From a virus (taxonomy: Duplodnaviria; Caudoviricetes): 55,111 nucleotides of DNA. Below, piece by piece: positions 18,869 through 29,212 of the stretch. The translations under genes were made by a program, and so were the position numbers. The stretch lies in the IMG/VR virus record IMGVR_UViG_3300033153_005557, positions 1 through 55,111 of that record, one strand, 5' to 3'. The notes beneath the pieces were generated by a model. It saw nothing but the letters and a program-made list of their open reading frames with translations, had not been told where the DNA came from and searched no databases. Position 1 is the stretch's first letter. Every line of letters starts with the position of its first letter.

Positions 18869-19362
18869 TAATTAGATTGTCCGCCATTTGACGTAATAGT
18901 AAACCCAGCTACAGTTACTGACGATACCTGGGCCATCACATTAGTAGTGGTGGTTATTTTTGTAGCGGTGATAGAAATTACACCATTAGGAAATGCAGTA
19001 CCAAACGAAACGGCTCCATTACTAGCTTCACCGCTTTTTATTATTAATCCGCCACCGAAGGTATGAGACTCACCGCCAGTATATGTTGGGTCAGCAGCAG
19101 CTGCAACCGCTGTGGCAATAGCATCATCGGCATATTTCTTTGTAGATGCCTGTAGGTCGGTTGTCGGAGCGGGAACCACTGGAGAACTGCTAAAAGTCTT
19201 TACACCTGCAATAGTCTGGTTCCCTTCGGTCGCAACACATTTAGATTCCAACTCGGCGTTATTGGCGTTTACCGCGTCAATACGCGTTATTTCGTTCGCG
19301 GCGTACAGCTTCTGTTTGGCAACTACGTCGGTCTTCGATAAATCTGTTAGCTCAATAGCCAT
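18847..19362 (-). CDS. Short tail fibre protein (gp53-like C-terminal domain)
   Basis: GNQTIAGVKTFSS, ASTKKYAD, GGLIIKSG...FGTAFPNG...YWTAIGY. Confidence 0.7.
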   Translation of the reverse strand: MAIELTDLSKTDVVAKQKLYAANEITRIDAVNANNAELESKCVATEGNQTIAGVKTFSSSPVVPAPTTDLQASTKKYADDAIATAVAAAADPTYTGGESHTFGGGLIIKSGEASNGAVSFGTAFPNGVISITATKITTTTNVMAQVSSVTVAGFTITSNGGQSNYWTAIGY

Positions 19363-19371
19363 AATATCCCT

Positions 19372-19461
19372 CTATTTCTTTTTCTTTTTCTGTACCTGTA
19401 CCTTTGGTTTCGGTTGTACCTGTACTTTTGGTTTTGGCTGTACTTGCTTTTTCTGTGTCAT
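19372..19461 (-). CDS. 29-aa basic repeat micro-protein MTQKKQVQPKPKVQVQPKPKVQVQKKKKK
   Basis: GAAAGGG RBS. It fills the intergenic gap, and the repeats differ only at synonymous positions. Confidence 0.65.
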   Translation of the reverse strand: MTQKKQVQPKPKVQVQPKPKVQVQKKKKK

Positions 19462-19471
19462 GATTCCCTTT

Positions 19472-19780
19472 CTACGGCACCGTTACCGGGTGCGGAGTTC
19501 TCATTAAACCGTCTACCTGTTTCTCCATCTTGCTGACGGTGGTTTGTATTGTGTCCAGTTTTGTGCTTACAACTCCCTCCAGGAAGGCCTGCTTGGTCTT
19601 CATGTCCGTCTGGTTCGTCTTTATGACCTTAATATCGTCCTGTAACGGTGTGATGTCCTCTTTGATGCTCCGGACGTCTCCCTGCATATTACCGATAAGG
19701 GTTCCGCATGTCAATAAGGTCACAATACAAGCTATAACCGAGCACGCTATCACTATTCCGTTCTTTCTTGCCTCTGCCAT
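19472..19780 (-). CDS. TM plus coiled-coil protein (holin/spanin-like candidate)
   Basis: Single N-terminal TM helix followed by heptad repeats. Confidence 0.45.
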   Translation of the reverse strand: MAEARKNGIVIACSVIACIVTLLTCGTLIGNMQGDVRSIKEDITPLQDDIKVIKTNQTDMKTKQAFLEGVVSTKLDTIQTTVSKMEKQVDGLMRTPHPVTVP

Positions 19781-19793
19781 GTTGTCCCTTTCG

Positions 19794-22700
19794 TTAAGCT
19801 ATAAGCGGTAGTGCCTTCCAATAAAGCACTATATACAGTATCTTTAGATTACGCGAGTCATTTGATGTCAGTGTTACCCCAATAGCATTGGATTTTATCA
19901 CTCTTCTGATCTTCTTATGCAGCGTAGCCAGTGCCTTTCCCTCGAATCCGGCGTATCCAGCCTCGTCTGCGTCTCCTGCTGCTGCTTCTGTGCCTACACC
20001 GACCGCATAGACACTCTCATCGAATACAAAGGCGAATGTAGTTATCTCTTCTGCGGTAACTCCAGCGGTAAAGGTTTTCAGTACCGAGAATTCGTTATTC
20101 TCCGCTGATAACGTAGCGTCGATGTCTACTATTGACCCCTCTGCTTCTATGCTCAGTGAGGATATGAAGGTTTTACGGAAGTCACCGGAGATACGAGTGT
20201 TAAGCCGTTCTATGGAAGCCGTGATGTTAGCCATACCGCCATAAAAAGTATCTTCTTTGTTATTAAGTGCCGCTGCATCAGACTCTGAAACATAAAAGTC
20301 ATAAATGATTATATTATCTAAAATCTGGTCACTGATATTATAATGGCCTGTTGCACTTGTTCCAATGCCAACTGGAGAGCTACTTGACGCCATGCCGGGA
20401 TAATCCCCACTATCTGATACCAATAATGTTTCATCTACACCATTAGCAAATACATGTAAACCTCTAGCAACTTCGTTACCGGCATATGCCGCTGCGACAT
20501 GATTCCATGTATTAACTAATAACGGAGTAGTATTTCTTGCTTCTATAGTATGACTGCTATCGTCCCATTCCCTACACTTAAAATATACACGTCCTCCTGA
20601 GTCAACTTCTAAAAACCATTCGCCTTGGTCTGCATTCTCATCTAATTTTGCAACAAGAAAATCAGTTCCAGCCCAGGCGGTGTCTTGATACAGAAATATA
20701 GAAACAGTAAATGGCAAGTCGCCGGCACTATTAAAAAAGCTAAACAATGGACTATCTGCCACCTCTGCGTAACGTATACTTGCCATATCTAAAGCATCAC
20801 CATCTGTACCTGTTACAGAAAACCCGGCTGTATTTGTATTTACGCTTGTGACTCCATTATTAAGCCCAACCTCATCCGTTAATACGGTATCTGCTGCATC
20901 ATCATCCATCTTCCAGTGTGCAAGTGGGGCTAGTATATATTCATAATCATGGTAATCCTTTCCATCGTATTCCGATCTACCCGTTACAGTTGTTACGGTA
21001 GCATTATAATCATGTTCATACGCATAATGTTTTGTTAATATACCGTTTGCTACTTCTCCCATAGAAAATAGTGTTCTGTCTCCACGAGCCCAAAACAAAT
21101 GAGTAGCCGAGTGCTGTGTCCATGCATCTATATCAACATCATAAACGTATGTTCTTGGTAGATTATCTTCCGTATCTGTGTATGTTACGTAGTACCGTCT
21201 CTCAAAGAATACCGAACTTACGCTGAAGTCGTCGTCTCTGCGTAGCACGGAAGAAGCGATTCTGTGTCCGATATCTTTTGGGAAATCTCCTTTAGAGCCG
21301 TATTGCTGTACAAAGTCGGCAAAATAGACCGTATCATAATCCATCCAGGCAAGGCCGGAGCCAACATCTTGTAATGTTCTTCCGTCCGTACATCCGATAT
21401 TGCTTATCCGTATTGCGGCAGAATCCATATCCGTCTTCTGGTATGTTGATGTCTTGGTGAAGATATATATCTGTCGGTTGAAATCTATCGCCGCTTTGCC
21501 GGTATCGTCCAGGTAATCGAAGTTCAGTGGGTTCCATACATCCGGACTCTCTTTATTGCTCCACACGAGCTTGTGAGGCATCGTAGTGTCGAACCCCAAC
21601 AAGTATGCCCCAACCGTCCGAACGTTCTGTAGAATCAATTCTGAGCCACTCAGCGAGGGATTAGAACCCGCAGGTAAGTCTTCCACTCCCTCATGGTCCC
21701 ACGGAGTCGTATCAACGAAGGTTGTTATCGCAGTAGTGGATGTTACCTCGGTCTCACCAACGAGTCGATACGGCCCTTCTGGGGTAGAATCCGGAGCTCT
21801 GTATATTATGACCTTGGACACAGTCGATGGAACAGTGACTGTCGTGAACGCTATTGATATTTTGGCTTTCTTCGTGGCGTCCAGTGTGACCGCCACACCA
21901 GTATCCGTGTTTCCGTCCGTTACCACCGTTGTAGATGATTCTCCGTACCTTGTTGTTATATTCGCGTCATCATAGAAGAAGGCAAACTTGTAGTATGCAA
22001 CTCCTGCTGCGACCCTTTCCAGACCTTCTGCACTGTCACTTAGCGTACCAGTGGCGGTAAAAGAGTCTGCTGCGGTTGGGGGAGTAAGCCCAACATCTGA
22101 CATAACACCAATGATGTCTGGTCCGAGCGTCGCACTACTAGGGCTCCAGCGTTCCGGGTTCCCAGAGGCTGTATTCGGGAATATCATCAGATCGAATGCC
22201 TGGTTGATCTTGTATGGTGCTACCGAGACGCTTGTTGTCCCAGAGGCGGCTGCTCCCCATATCCGTGTCCATTGTTCGTTTGTCGTGTTATAGACCACAA
22301 CCATGTATTGATCTGCTACTGTACCGTATAAATCTTCGAAAACTCCCGAGATCACGTGAACTTCGTCGTTATACGACCATCCATTGCTTAAGGTCTCTCG
22401 GAAGACCTGGTAGTTTTCTAGCTCTTTTGGGACAAAGTACACCGTTGCAACAGAATCTGCGTCTGCTTCATCCGCAACCCACGTGTCCGTGAATTCAAAG
22501 ATATTCGCGTCTTGTTTGTCGATTAGATATGCTCCATTGTAGTTTGTTGTACCGGATATTGTTACCCTATCGTCCGTAGAGAGTCCATGCCCAGTGACCG
22601 TGGCATCTACCTCTCCACCTCCACCATCCGCGAATAGCGTGATAAGCTGATGATACCCTACTTTGCACTGCGTATCTATCACTGAAGACCCAAATACGTA

Positions 22701-22898
22701 CGGTCTGTATGGAGGCCGTGAGTATATTGTACCCTGCCGATTAAAGTAGTAGTTCAGCATGGAAGTAAACTGGTTTGGCGGTAAAGTCACTATTGGGTCT
22801 GTAATGTTCAGACCGCCAGAGAAATCTGTCACTGCCAGTTGCTCGAAGTCATCCGGCGAGTATGTCGCTTCTTGTATTTCTTTTATCGGATATACCAT
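19794..22898 (-). CDS. Tail tubular/nozzle (stabilization) protein with inserted LamG-like domain
   Basis: DFSGGLN N-terminal motif, ISNIGC beta-propeller motifs, and AHWKMDD...TWNHVAA...LDNIIIY LamG pattern. Confidence 0.75.
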   Translation of the reverse strand: MVYPIKEIQEATYSPDDFEQLAVTDFSGGLNITDPIVTLPPNQFTSMLNYYFNRQGTIYSRPPYRPYVFGSSVIDTQCKVGYHQLITLFADGGGGEVDATVTGHGLSTDDRVTISGTTNYNGAYLIDKQDANIFEFTDTWVADEADADSVATVYFVPKELENYQVFRETLSNGWSYNDEVHVISGVFEDLYGTVADQYMVVVYNTTNEQWTRIWGAAASGTTSVSVAPYKINQAFDLMIFPNTASGNPERWSPSSATLGPDIIGVMSDVGLTPPTAADSFTATGTLSDSAEGLERVAAGVAYYKFAFFYDDANITTRYGESSTTVVTDGNTDTGVAVTLDATKKAKISIAFTTVTVPSTVSKVIIYRAPDSTPEGPYRLVGETEVTSTTAITTFVDTTPWDHEGVEDLPAGSNPSLSGSELILQNVRTVGAYLLGFDTTMPHKLVWSNKESPDVWNPLNFDYLDDTGKAAIDFNRQIYIFTKTSTYQKTDMDSAAIRISNIGCTDGRTLQDVGSGLAWMDYDTVYFADFVQQYGSKGDFPKDIGHRIASSVLRRDDDFSVSSVFFERRYYVTYTDTEDNLPRTYVYDVDIDAWTQHSATHLFWARGDRTLFSMGEVANGILTKHYAYEHDYNATVTTVTGRSEYDGKDYHDYEYILAPLAHWKMDDDAADTVLTDEVGLNNGVTSVNTNTAGFSVTGTDGDALDMASIRYAEVADSPLFSFFNSAGDLPFTVSIFLYQDTAWAGTDFLVAKLDENADQGEWFLEVDSGGRVYFKCREWDDSSHTIEARNTTPLLVNTWNHVAAAYAGNEVARGLHVFANGVDETLLVSDSGDYPGMASSSSPVGIGTSATGHYNISDQILDNIIIYDFYVSESDAAALNNKEDTFYGGMANITASIERLNTRISGDFRKTFISSLSIEAEGSIVDIDATLSAENNEFSVLKTFTAGVTAEEITTFAFVFDESVYAVGVGTEAAAGDADEAGYAGFEGKALATLHKKIRRVIKSNAIGVTLTSNDSRNLKILYIVLYWKALPLIA

Positions 22899-23530
22899 TA
22901 TTGCTCCATTTGTGCTCGGTATAATTGTGCTGCCTGCACTCGCATTGCCTCATATTCTGCAAATGCTCCGTTTGCTAACCCGGCATCTCTGTCCAGGATA
23001 CGGCAACAGTACACGATATAATGCACTAACGCTTGTGCCCATTCATCCGGTATCAGGATATTGTCTGTCGCAATGACATCATTCGGGGAGAACACACAGT
23101 ATACGTTGACGTCTGATAGTGCCAGTGTTGCACTCTCATGAGTGTCAAATACGATTTCTTCACCAAACAGTGTATATCGTGTTGGTATCAGCGTTGTTAC
23201 CGCCAAAGTGTTCTTCATCTCACTTATTGGTGCCTTTGGTAAGAACGGAGACACCGTAGAGTCTGGCACTTCCACCTTTACAACGAATAGTATACCCAGT
23301 GCGTCTGCAATGGCTGCTGCCAATGTAGCGTATGTGATCGTCTTCGTTGTCACGGATGACAGGTCTACTATCGTTTGGCAACAGAACGTCTCTGCTGCAA
23401 ACCGCCTTTGTCCTTCGTTAAGGAATGACAACATCGGTTGGCTGGTAGAAGTATCTCTATATGCATCATCTTCTATATCTACAAGGAACCGTTGTGCCAT
23501 ATCCATTATGTTATTCGCGGTAAAAGCCAT
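22898..23530 (-). CDS. Head-tail adaptor protein
   Basis: FLNEGQRRF...IPDEWAQALVHY pattern and synteny. Confidence 0.7.
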   Translation of the reverse strand: MAFTANNIMDMAQRFLVDIEDDAYRDTSTSQPMLSFLNEGQRRFAAETFCCQTIVDLSSVTTKTITYATLAAAIADALGILFVVKVEVPDSTVSPFLPKAPISEMKNTLAVTTLIPTRYTLFGEEIVFDTHESATLALSDVNVYCVFSPNDVIATDNILIPDEWAQALVHYIVYCCRILDRDAGLANGAFAEYEAMRVQAAQLYRAQMEQ

Positions 23531-24219
23531 TATGGTATCCTTCCTTCAATACTGCGTGTGTTAGATACAAGATATGTACGCCCGATGTGTTTTGGGCTAT
23601 TATCGTTGTATCCGTCTTTGATCTTGGCGATTATGTCTTCATAGGCGTTCCTGAACCCGGATTGCAGTTGTGGCATCCCGAGACCAAGGACGGCCAACTC
23701 CTTTGTCTTGTTCTTGATCGCACTCATAAGGTTTGATGGAAACTCTGTTAGTTCATCTTCCGGGTACTGTAATACGTTTAGTGTTACCGTATAGACTGCG
23801 TCTGGAGTCGGATACAGCAACAGTCGCATTACGTTCAGCGTACCAGAGTTAAGGAACGAGTATGTGTCCGGTAGTCCCGTCTCTGACAAGTCTGGGTCTA
23901 CAGCGTATACCTGTGTCTCGTCGATGACGGAGAGAATGTGGTCTTCTGCGGTTATCCGCACCGTACCAGCAAGAACCTTGTATACATATGTATCCAGGTC
24001 AATATAGTTCGTTCCGGACGTTGTATCGACCTCTATGGTCTGTTCTTGGAACTTGAACGTCTCAACACCATATTCCAACAGAACATACTGCATTGCGTCT
24101 ACGATAGAGCTATAGATGATATCTGTCTCTATCGCGGTAAGATTGGGTCGTCCGGTGACATTCTTGTATAGAATTTCCAACTCTGTCTTGATATCGTTTG
24201 TAGTATTATAAAGTCTCAT
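23530..24219 (-). CDS. Head-tail adaptor/tail tubular protein A-like
   Basis: TGLP...LYPTPDAVY motif and synteny. Confidence 0.7.
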   Translation of the reverse strand: MRLYNTTNDIKTELEILYKNVTGRPNLTAIETDIIYSSIVDAMQYVLLEYGVETFKFQEQTIEVDTTSGTNYIDLDTYVYKVLAGTVRITAEDHILSVIDETQVYAVDPDLSETGLPDTYSFLNSGTLNVMRLLLYPTPDAVYTVTLNVLQYPEDELTEFPSNLMSAIKNKTKELAVLGLGMPQLQSGFRNAYEDIIAKIKDGYNDNSPKHIGRTYLVSNTRSIEGRIP

Positions 24220-24596
24220 TATCCGGTTCTCCGGGCTCTCGGGGTCATAAATGTTTTCTTGCCGCTGGCTACTGCTTGCATCGTGTGTCGTACCTCATGC
24301 ATAGCCGCTTCTTCTTTGTCTGTCACCAACTTGTCGTTGTGCTTATCAATCTCTGCAAGAATCTCCTTCGCACGTCTGTTCTCAAAAGCCTGTCTAGCTC
24401 GCAGGAGCTTGATAGCGTGCCAAACGTTCTCACAGGTAGTTATCTTATAGGGAGCACTGTTCTCGGGCTTGTACCACGCCTCAAACGCGTGAGTCTTGAT
24501 GTTACGGCCGAAGACAATGTGTTTGTCGCCAAATTCTCTCTGTAAACGTTCCTGGTCATCATCCATTATTACTATGTATCGTATACCGGATTGCAT
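24219..24596 (-). CDS. Hypothetical late protein
   Basis: GAGAGGA RBS and position in the operon. Confidence 0.65.
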   Translation of the reverse strand: MQSGIRYIVIMDDDQERLQREFGDKHIVFGRNIKTHAFEAWYKPENSAPYKITTCENVWHAIKLLRARQAFENRRAKEILAEIDKHNDKLVTDKEEAAMHEVRHTMQAVASGKKTFMTPRARRTG

Positions 24597-24649
24597 TGCT
24601 TTCCTCTCAAAGTATGGGCAGAGGCCAGATTGCCCCTGCCCGTTTTTAA

Positions 24650-26731
24650 TTAAACTGCATCAGCGAAAACTGGAGCCGTATCAGAGTAGATAATCCCGGT
24701 TATATACCAATTAGTTCCATCGCATGTAATCTTTATGTAAGATCCTGCCTCAAGGTTATTGAGAGTAATCTTCGCATTTGACGAACCATTACTATAGACC
24801 TCAGTGATAGAATTATCATCACTATCAATAAACTGAACTCCACCAATATAGTAATTCGCATTAGCCTCTGCGTCTATGATGTGGTCATGTGTTTCTACAG
24901 ACCCACCAGTGTACCAAAACTCATAATTCAATCCATCCACTTCAGCGGGTAAATCAATAGTTGTGTTTTGCGCTAAGTTGTTAATAGGATGAATCTTTCC
25001 TGATGTAGCTGCCGTCAATGTAACACTGGCTTGGTCAGTTATAACTGCATCAGCAGTGACCGTCGCTCCAGCAGTTAAAGTAGAGTCAGCATCCATTGTT
25101 ATGTCGGCAGCAGTAAGAACAAAAGCATTTGCGGTAGTATCCCATAACGCTATGGAGCTTGCTGTATCGCCGAAGAAACTTACATCAACGCCATCCCCGT
25201 CTACACCGAAAATCCATTCGTCCCCGGATTGGTCCCACCACACAACATGAGACGCAGTTTCACCGAAAAACAAAACATCAAGCCCAGCCCCATCAGCACC
25301 ATGGTTAACCGTACCAGCAGTAGCTCGCAAGAAGTTAAGTGCCTTTGACGTACCGAGAGTGACATTCAATCCAGTTCCGTCAGATACTATTGTGCCCTCT
25401 GCGGCACTATCACCAAAACCAAGAGACATATCATCACTGAACGTCATTAAGTCGCCGTCATAGTCAATAGAGATGGTTCCTGCTGTCTCGAAATAATATG
25501 CCAAATCAAAACCAGTAGCAGTGCCACCTATAGCAAGTGGTGTATCTGCGGCAAGGGCAAATATCTCAAAGTTAGTACCGTCAAATGACATCGTAACGTC
25601 ATCAGCGTCACCGAAGTTGACTAAATCTGCATCCAGTATAGTCAAATCAAATCCATTAAATTGAACATCCTCAGCAGATGTGTCAAAGGTTACCGCATCA
25701 GTATTCGTGTCACCGTATACAATTATATCAATGTTATTGGTATAACCATACTTGATAACACTATCAGAGGTTGCACCTTCAACAATGAGGTCTGTGGCGT
25801 CCCATGTCATAGTTATATCGTCACCGTCACCGAAGTTAAGAATATCGGTGTCTAGTAATGTCAGGTCAAACCCATTAAAGCGTACGTCTTCTGCGGAAGT
25901 GTCAAATATAACATTATCGGTGTTTGTATCACCATAAATGTTGATATCGAAGTTGGTTGTTGCACCAATCTTCCATGTGTCATCCGCCGCAGCAGCTTCC
26001 ATAAGCAGGTCCGTGCCATCATAAGATAGAGTTATATCCGCAGCGGCGTCATGGGCTCCACCAAGGCCAAGGACAGCGTTGTCTTGGAAAATAAACTGAT
26101 CTCTACTTGTGTCCCATGCAACATCATATGTGTCATCAAAAAGAACATCTGACGTAGTGACGATCAATTCTCCAGTAGTAGTAAAACCTACACCAACAAC
26201 AGCACCAGCTTTTGATACAGTAAAGTTATCACCTGTTCCTGCGAAATCTTTTCCAGTACCGGTGTTCTCTATCTCGATGGCGTTCTCTGTTGAATTTGAA
26301 CCAGTTGTTACTTCCAGACCACCAAGGGCAGCAGAACTGCCTGGAACGGCACTTAACTGTAGCATAAACTGAGTGTCTGCGTCTGTACTCGAAATAGTAA
26401 CAGAGCCGTCTGTGGCCCCTATTGTTCTTCCAGTACCTGCGCCACCAAAGTTATATGCACCGTCAAGCGTTGTGCCGCTGCCGGAATATGACGCCCAGGT
26501 GGACCCAGTATAGGTATACAGGGTGTTTCCTGTAGTATCCCACCAGGTATCACCTTCCCGCTTTGTCCATACACCAGACGGAACAGCGTCTCGCTGTGTG
26601 GATGTACCGGAGAAGTGCAGCGTAAAATTACCGCCGAGCGATTTCTTCCAGCACTGCGCAGGCGTCAACTTACCGTAACATGGCAGTGTCGCAAGCAGCA
26701 GTATTGTCATAAATACAATAAACTTCTTCAT
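24650..26731 (-). CDS. Acidic beta-repeat protein with N-terminal signal peptide (head fibre/decoration-like)
   Basis: MKKFIVFMTILLLATLPCYG N-terminus, GDTWWDTT..LYTYTG.TW motif and a 73-aa internal repeat. Directly follows the capsid gene. Confidence 0.6.
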   Translation of the reverse strand: MKKFIVFMTILLLATLPCYGKLTPAQCWKKSLGGNFTLHFSGTSTQRDAVPSGVWTKREGDTWWDTTGNTLYTYTGSTWASYSGSGTTLDGAYNFGGAGTGRTIGATDGSVTISSTDADTQFMLQLSAVPGSSAALGGLEVTTGSNSTENAIEIENTGTGKDFAGTGDNFTVSKAGAVVGVGFTTTGELIVTTSDVLFDDTYDVAWDTSRDQFIFQDNAVLGLGGAHDAAADITLSYDGTDLLMEAAAADDTWKIGATTNFDINIYGDTNTDNVIFDTSAEDVRFNGFDLTLLDTDILNFGDGDDITMTWDATDLIVEGATSDSVIKYGYTNNIDIIVYGDTNTDAVTFDTSAEDVQFNGFDLTILDADLVNFGDADDVTMSFDGTNFEIFALAADTPLAIGGTATGFDLAYYFETAGTISIDYDGDLMTFSDDMSLGFGDSAAEGTIVSDGTGLNVTLGTSKALNFLRATAGTVNHGADGAGLDVLFFGETASHVVWWDQSGDEWIFGVDGDGVDVSFFGDTASSIALWDTTANAFVLTAADITMDADSTLTAGATVTADAVITDQASVTLTAATSGKIHPINNLAQNTTIDLPAEVDGLNYEFWYTGGSVETHDHIIDAEANANYYIGGVQFIDSDDNSITEVYSNGSSNAKITLNNLEAGSYIKITCDGTNWYITGIIYSDTAPVFADAV

Positions 26732-26803
26732 AATTTGTTTCCTTTCAATAAGCTGGCCGGGGTCGGAAGAAAGTAGCAAAGCCGAACCCCGACACAGCGA
26801 TTA

Positions 26804-28150
26804 TTATGAATAGCTAAGTCCAGTAGCCTTAAGCTGGCCGTTTGGATTTTCGCATACGAAGTTCATGTAGCTTACGGCTGTGCCGAATACTGCATCCGAA
26901 GTCTCGAAGTTACGTAGAATCTTACCACCGTCTTCAATCCACTCGAACCCGTTTGTTGCACGAGCGAACTTAAAGTCGCCTGTATTCAACATAAACAACG
27001 TTCCAGGAGTCAGAGACGTAAGACTCTGTAACAGAAGGCTGTACTGGTCAATGACAACGCCGATGCTCTTGAAACCGAACATGGAGTCCATTACCGTCAT
27101 ATCAAATCGCCTGTCTTCTTTACGGTTACTGAAGTACTTAAGCCGACTCTTCGGGTCTGTTACCAGAACATTCGGAGTGGACTGTTTGATATTAACCAGA
27201 TCAAGAATCCAGTCAATCAGCAACTCTTCGTCCAGTTCTGCACTCGCAGCCGCTTTTACCGTACTCTTAAGAGCGTGTGGGTAAGTGCTTCTTGTGAGGT
27301 TCCAGATAGTCGAATACGTGTCGCCATCATCAACAAGGTTGTACAGACCATTTGGTTCAAGAATAGAGTCGGCGGTTACTGTACCAGGAGCTTCAATATC
27401 TCCATATGCGTCTTCCAGTGTTAAGAAGATTTCGTCACCAGTTGCAACCGTGATACTTGCGGCTGGTGTCAATGTTGCTGTGCCAGCCTCATAATCGACC
27501 GCACTGATAACAGAACCACCACTGGATGTCACAATTGTACCACTCTCGTCGGTACACAGGTCAACTCTCAAACCTTCACAGAGCCACTGTGCTGCTGTAT
27601 AACCACCACTCTTAGTTTGTAGGGTTATTGTTGCAGCGGTAGAAGCTCCAGAGTTCCATGTCGAAGGAGCAAGGAAGCTGGCAATTGTACCATTACCGGA
27701 CCCACCTATAATACGTTCCATCTGCATCCTGCCAAGACGAAGTGTATCATCCATTGCAGAAGGAACTGCGTCTACGTATGCGCCTTCTCCAGCACGAATT
27801 GTACGTACTGCCGGACCTGTGAGCGAGAAGAATGCATTCAGGAATTTAATCCTCTCGTATCCCTGGAAGCCTGTTTGCTTCTTAGCGGTAACAAAGCTAC
27901 CACCTTCAGGAATACCACCAAAGCCGCCCGCTCCTTGGTGCTTGAATGCTTTAATTATTTTATTACCGACAAAGTCGATAACTCCGCCAAACTCCCCAAA
28001 CATCTCCATAAGTGGAGTTGCGTGGAAGATTGTGTTGTTCAGTGCAGGAATATACACCTGCTTCAGTAAACCGTCTACTGAGGCACTGTACTGAAAGTCC
28101 TGTCTGAACTGTGGTGCCGTTGAAGCGGCATTTACATCACTTGTAGCCAT
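26804..28150 (-). CDS. Major capsid protein
   Basis: 448 aa after portal and scaffold, with LLKQVY, GSGNG and EPNGLYNLV motifs. Followed by a hairpin. Confidence 0.85.
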   Translation of the reverse strand: MATSDVNAASTAPQFRQDFQYSASVDGLLKQVYIPALNNTIFHATPLMEMFGEFGGVIDFVGNKIIKAFKHQGAGGFGGIPEGGSFVTAKKQTGFQGYERIKFLNAFFSLTGPAVRTIRAGEGAYVDAVPSAMDDTLRLGRMQMERIIGGSGNGTIASFLAPSTWNSGASTAATITLQTKSGGYTAAQWLCEGLRVDLCTDESGTIVTSSGGSVISAVDYEAGTATLTPAASITVATGDEIFLTLEDAYGDIEAPGTVTADSILEPNGLYNLVDDGDTYSTIWNLTRSTYPHALKSTVKAAASAELDEELLIDWILDLVNIKQSTPNVLVTDPKSRLKYFSNRKEDRRFDMTVMDSMFGFKSIGVVIDQYSLLLQSLTSLTPGTLFMLNTGDFKFARATNGFEWIEDGGKILRNFETSDAVFGTAVSYMNFVCENPNGQLKATGLSYS

Positions 28151-28164
28151 GATTTACCTTTCGG

Positions 28165-29211
28165 TTATACCACACCCTTATTGTGAGCCATAAACTGCCT
28201 TGCTGCATCGGTATGGTTAGTTCTGTTCACACCGGCATATTGGTTCTGCGGAGCAACTGCGTCTCCACCAGGACCTGCCGGATTGGGTATGAAAGTATTA
28301 TTAGGAGAAGCACCTGGGGACAATCCCGCACGTACTTCATTCTGACCCTTTGTTTGATAAAATTGAGCCAGTTTACCAAGTTCGACTTCAGCCTTTGTCT
28401 GGAAATAAGCGTATTGCTGTGGAGTTAACGTAGACGGGTCAAGACCCATCTTTGTTGCTTCCTGATCTGCAATAACACCTGTTACGGCAAGATTAACCGT
28501 ATCAAAGGTTCCCTGAAGTCCTGTATCCATCTGAGCATACTCAGGTGCTTTCCGTGCTCCAACTAGTACCGCGTTCACATTTTCGCTTGCCTGACGAGCC
28601 ATAAGATCGCTTTCACGAGCTTGTGTACTGTCGGCTAACTGTCGCGTAACGTTCGCTATCTTTGCATCGTTGAGACCCTGTATCGCTCCCATATAAGCAG
28701 TATTCGTATCGAGTGATATCTCACCCGTCGCTGCTTCGCCATCATACTTCGCTTTTGCCGTGTCAAAGTTTGCTTGTGCTACCACAACCGGATTCTCTAC
28801 TCCCGGCTGTGCTGCTACGCCAGGCATTGTTGGAGCCGAAGCTGTAGGGCCCATCACATGACGCCTTATCATCTCTTCTGTTATGACTCCGGACTCCAAT
28901 TGCTCTGCCATGTCGCTGAGTGGGTCTAACCCAACAGCAGCCATTAGCTTTGCGTTACGTGCATTCACCTGCTTCAGACGCTCGTTTACAGCCCCGATAT
29001 CCTCTGAGGCTTGTTCGGTGCCCTCTACTGGTTTTGTCGCATCCACGGGAGCCCTAGACAGGTCTACGGGCCCCTTGTTGAACTCATCGACTGTTTGCTG
29101 TGTACCCGAGACCGGAAAACCTTGACTCGTGTCAACCGATGGTGCTGCGATGTCATTTACTACGCCGCTAGTATCCACTGCGGGACCTGCGTTGTTAGCA
29201 TTTTCTACCAT
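28165..29211 (-). CDS. Capsid scaffolding protein
   Basis: Low-complexity acidic/helical protein between portal and capsid. Confidence 0.7.
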   Translation of the reverse strand: MVENANNAGPAVDTSGVVNDIAAPSVDTSQGFPVSGTQQTVDEFNKGPVDLSRAPVDATKPVEGTEQASEDIGAVNERLKQVNARNAKLMAAVGLDPLSDMAEQLESGVITEEMIRRHVMGPTASAPTMPGVAAQPGVENPVVVAQANFDTAKAKYDGEAATGEISLDTNTAYMGAIQGLNDAKIANVTRQLADSTQARESDLMARQASENVNAVLVGARKAPEYAQMDTGLQGTFDTVNLAVTGVIADQEATKMGLDPSTLTPQQYAYFQTKAEVELGKLAQFYQTKGQNEVRAGLSPGASPNNTFIPNPAGPGGDAVAPQNQYAGVNRTNHTDAARQFMAHNKGVV

Positions 29212-29212
29212 T

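Noticed and set aside
22490-22610. HGL..D.V.ISG..NG motif resembling the E1 FCCH-like domain, as a link to the Ubl system
   Set aside because: This small beta domain is common in phage tail proteins and carries no conjugation function by itself.
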